A stretch of 64,000 nt of DNA from Phyllobates terribilis. Taxonomy: Eukaryota. A model generated the notes under the pieces. That model was not told the DNA's origin. It was given only the letters and a program-made list of their open reading frames with translations, and searched no databases. Both the position numbers and the translations under genes were made by a program. Shown here in pieces: positions 63,181-64,000 of the stretch. Within the stretch, counting starts at the first letter, position 1. Every line of letters starts with the position of its first letter. Location of the stretch: assembly GCF_046119375.1 (NCBI RefSeq), contig NW_027362763.1:468162001-468226000 (forward strand). The letters are read 5' to 3'.

Positions 63181-63399
63181 ACTTCTGATGGGCACACTTT
63201 TAGGCAGTGACCTGGGTGTCAGAGATGCTTCCAGGGGTCTTCCCCATGCTGTTCCCATGTCTTTTCGGCACTGTATGCATGTGTCACACAGCACATGGCC
63301 AGATAAGGTTGTAAAATGTTAAAATGACATTTCCCCGTGAATGCATTTGTCCCGGTTGAAAGCAATACAAAAGTGCAAAAACGCATAAAAAATGCTACT

Positions 63400-63773
63400 T
63401 GTGAACATACCCTGGAAAGGATGTTCCTTAACATATTTCACAGGAAAACTTTCAGTTTCGTTTTTGAAAGTTTTATTGTGAGCCCGTAAAAGTGGCTTAA
63501 TACCTCTGACCACGTTGTTGACAGCAGTGACCTGGGGGTCAGAAATGCTTCCTGGGGCGATCCCCATGCTGTCCCCATGTCATTTGAGCACTGTCACGAT
63601 CGTTTTGGGCACTTTTTAGGCTTTCTACAGACTGCCGGGGGTGCCGTCGCAAAAATGCTCGGGTCTCCCGTAGACTAACATTGGGCTTGTTGCTCGGGTC
63701 GAGCACCCGAGGATCACGGTGAGCTCGGCCCGAGCTTCGAGCACCCGAGCATTTTAGTGCTCGCTCAACACTA
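63400..63773 (+). mobile_element. Right end and TIR of the large hAT family
   Basis: Homologous to 19650-19980 and 35510-35675. CGAGCACCCGAG subterminal motifs; ends TTTAGTGCTCGCTCAACACTA. Confidence 0.85.
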
Positions 63774-64000
63774 CTCATCACTACTTGTCAGTAGTCTATG
63801 GCTGCCAACTAGAACCTTGTGAACAGTCTCCTACCTGCTTGCATCCCCGGTTCTTCTTTTGATTAGCTAGCCATGATCGTTGCAGAGTGAGGTACACACT
63901 GAATCGCGCCAGGATGACTAATCAAAAGAGGAGCTTGGGATGCTGAAGGACTAATAGAGGAACAGCACAACACAAAATTATAAGTATGTTCCAGGATTAT

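Noticed and set aside
61932-63197. 421-aa minus-strand ORF as a novel gene
   Set aside because: It is a mostly out-of-frame read-through of triplicated transposase fragments.

Overview
Vertebrate, very probably anuran (frog/toad), genomic DNA. The only host-gene sequence I can support is one 72-nt LRR-coding exon of LGI2 (689-760, +; LLNSNSFTVIRDDAFARLFHLEYL, canonical AG/GT), which the ORF track misses. I could not find the next LGI2 exon by eye, so the remaining ~63 kb appears to be one intron, mostly nested transposable elements and their tandem repeats. Main components: (i) a large hAT family with a ~1100-codon degenerate transposase (51004-54327), a divergent paralogue on the opposite strand (46100-47870), several fragments and three right ends; (ii) a non-autonomous Helitron (3698-11530, minus) carrying a chromovirus-type Ty3/Gypsy element with a Tf1-like self-priming signature; (iii) a young hAT with perfect TIR/TSD (12014-14941) and its MITE; (iv) a Penelope-like element with a hammerhead-like motif, in the sense orientation of the intron; (v) four TTAA-flanked piggyBac-type non-autonomous elements, one holding a 2.3-kb alternating-orientation (fold-back) array with flipped spacers; (vi) a Tc1 element, Gypsy remnants, a solo LTR and many MITEs and mini/microsatellites. 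No CRISPR, rRNA or tRNA was found. All TE coding regions are disrupted. Boundaries without a TSD are approximate and all alignments were done by eye.
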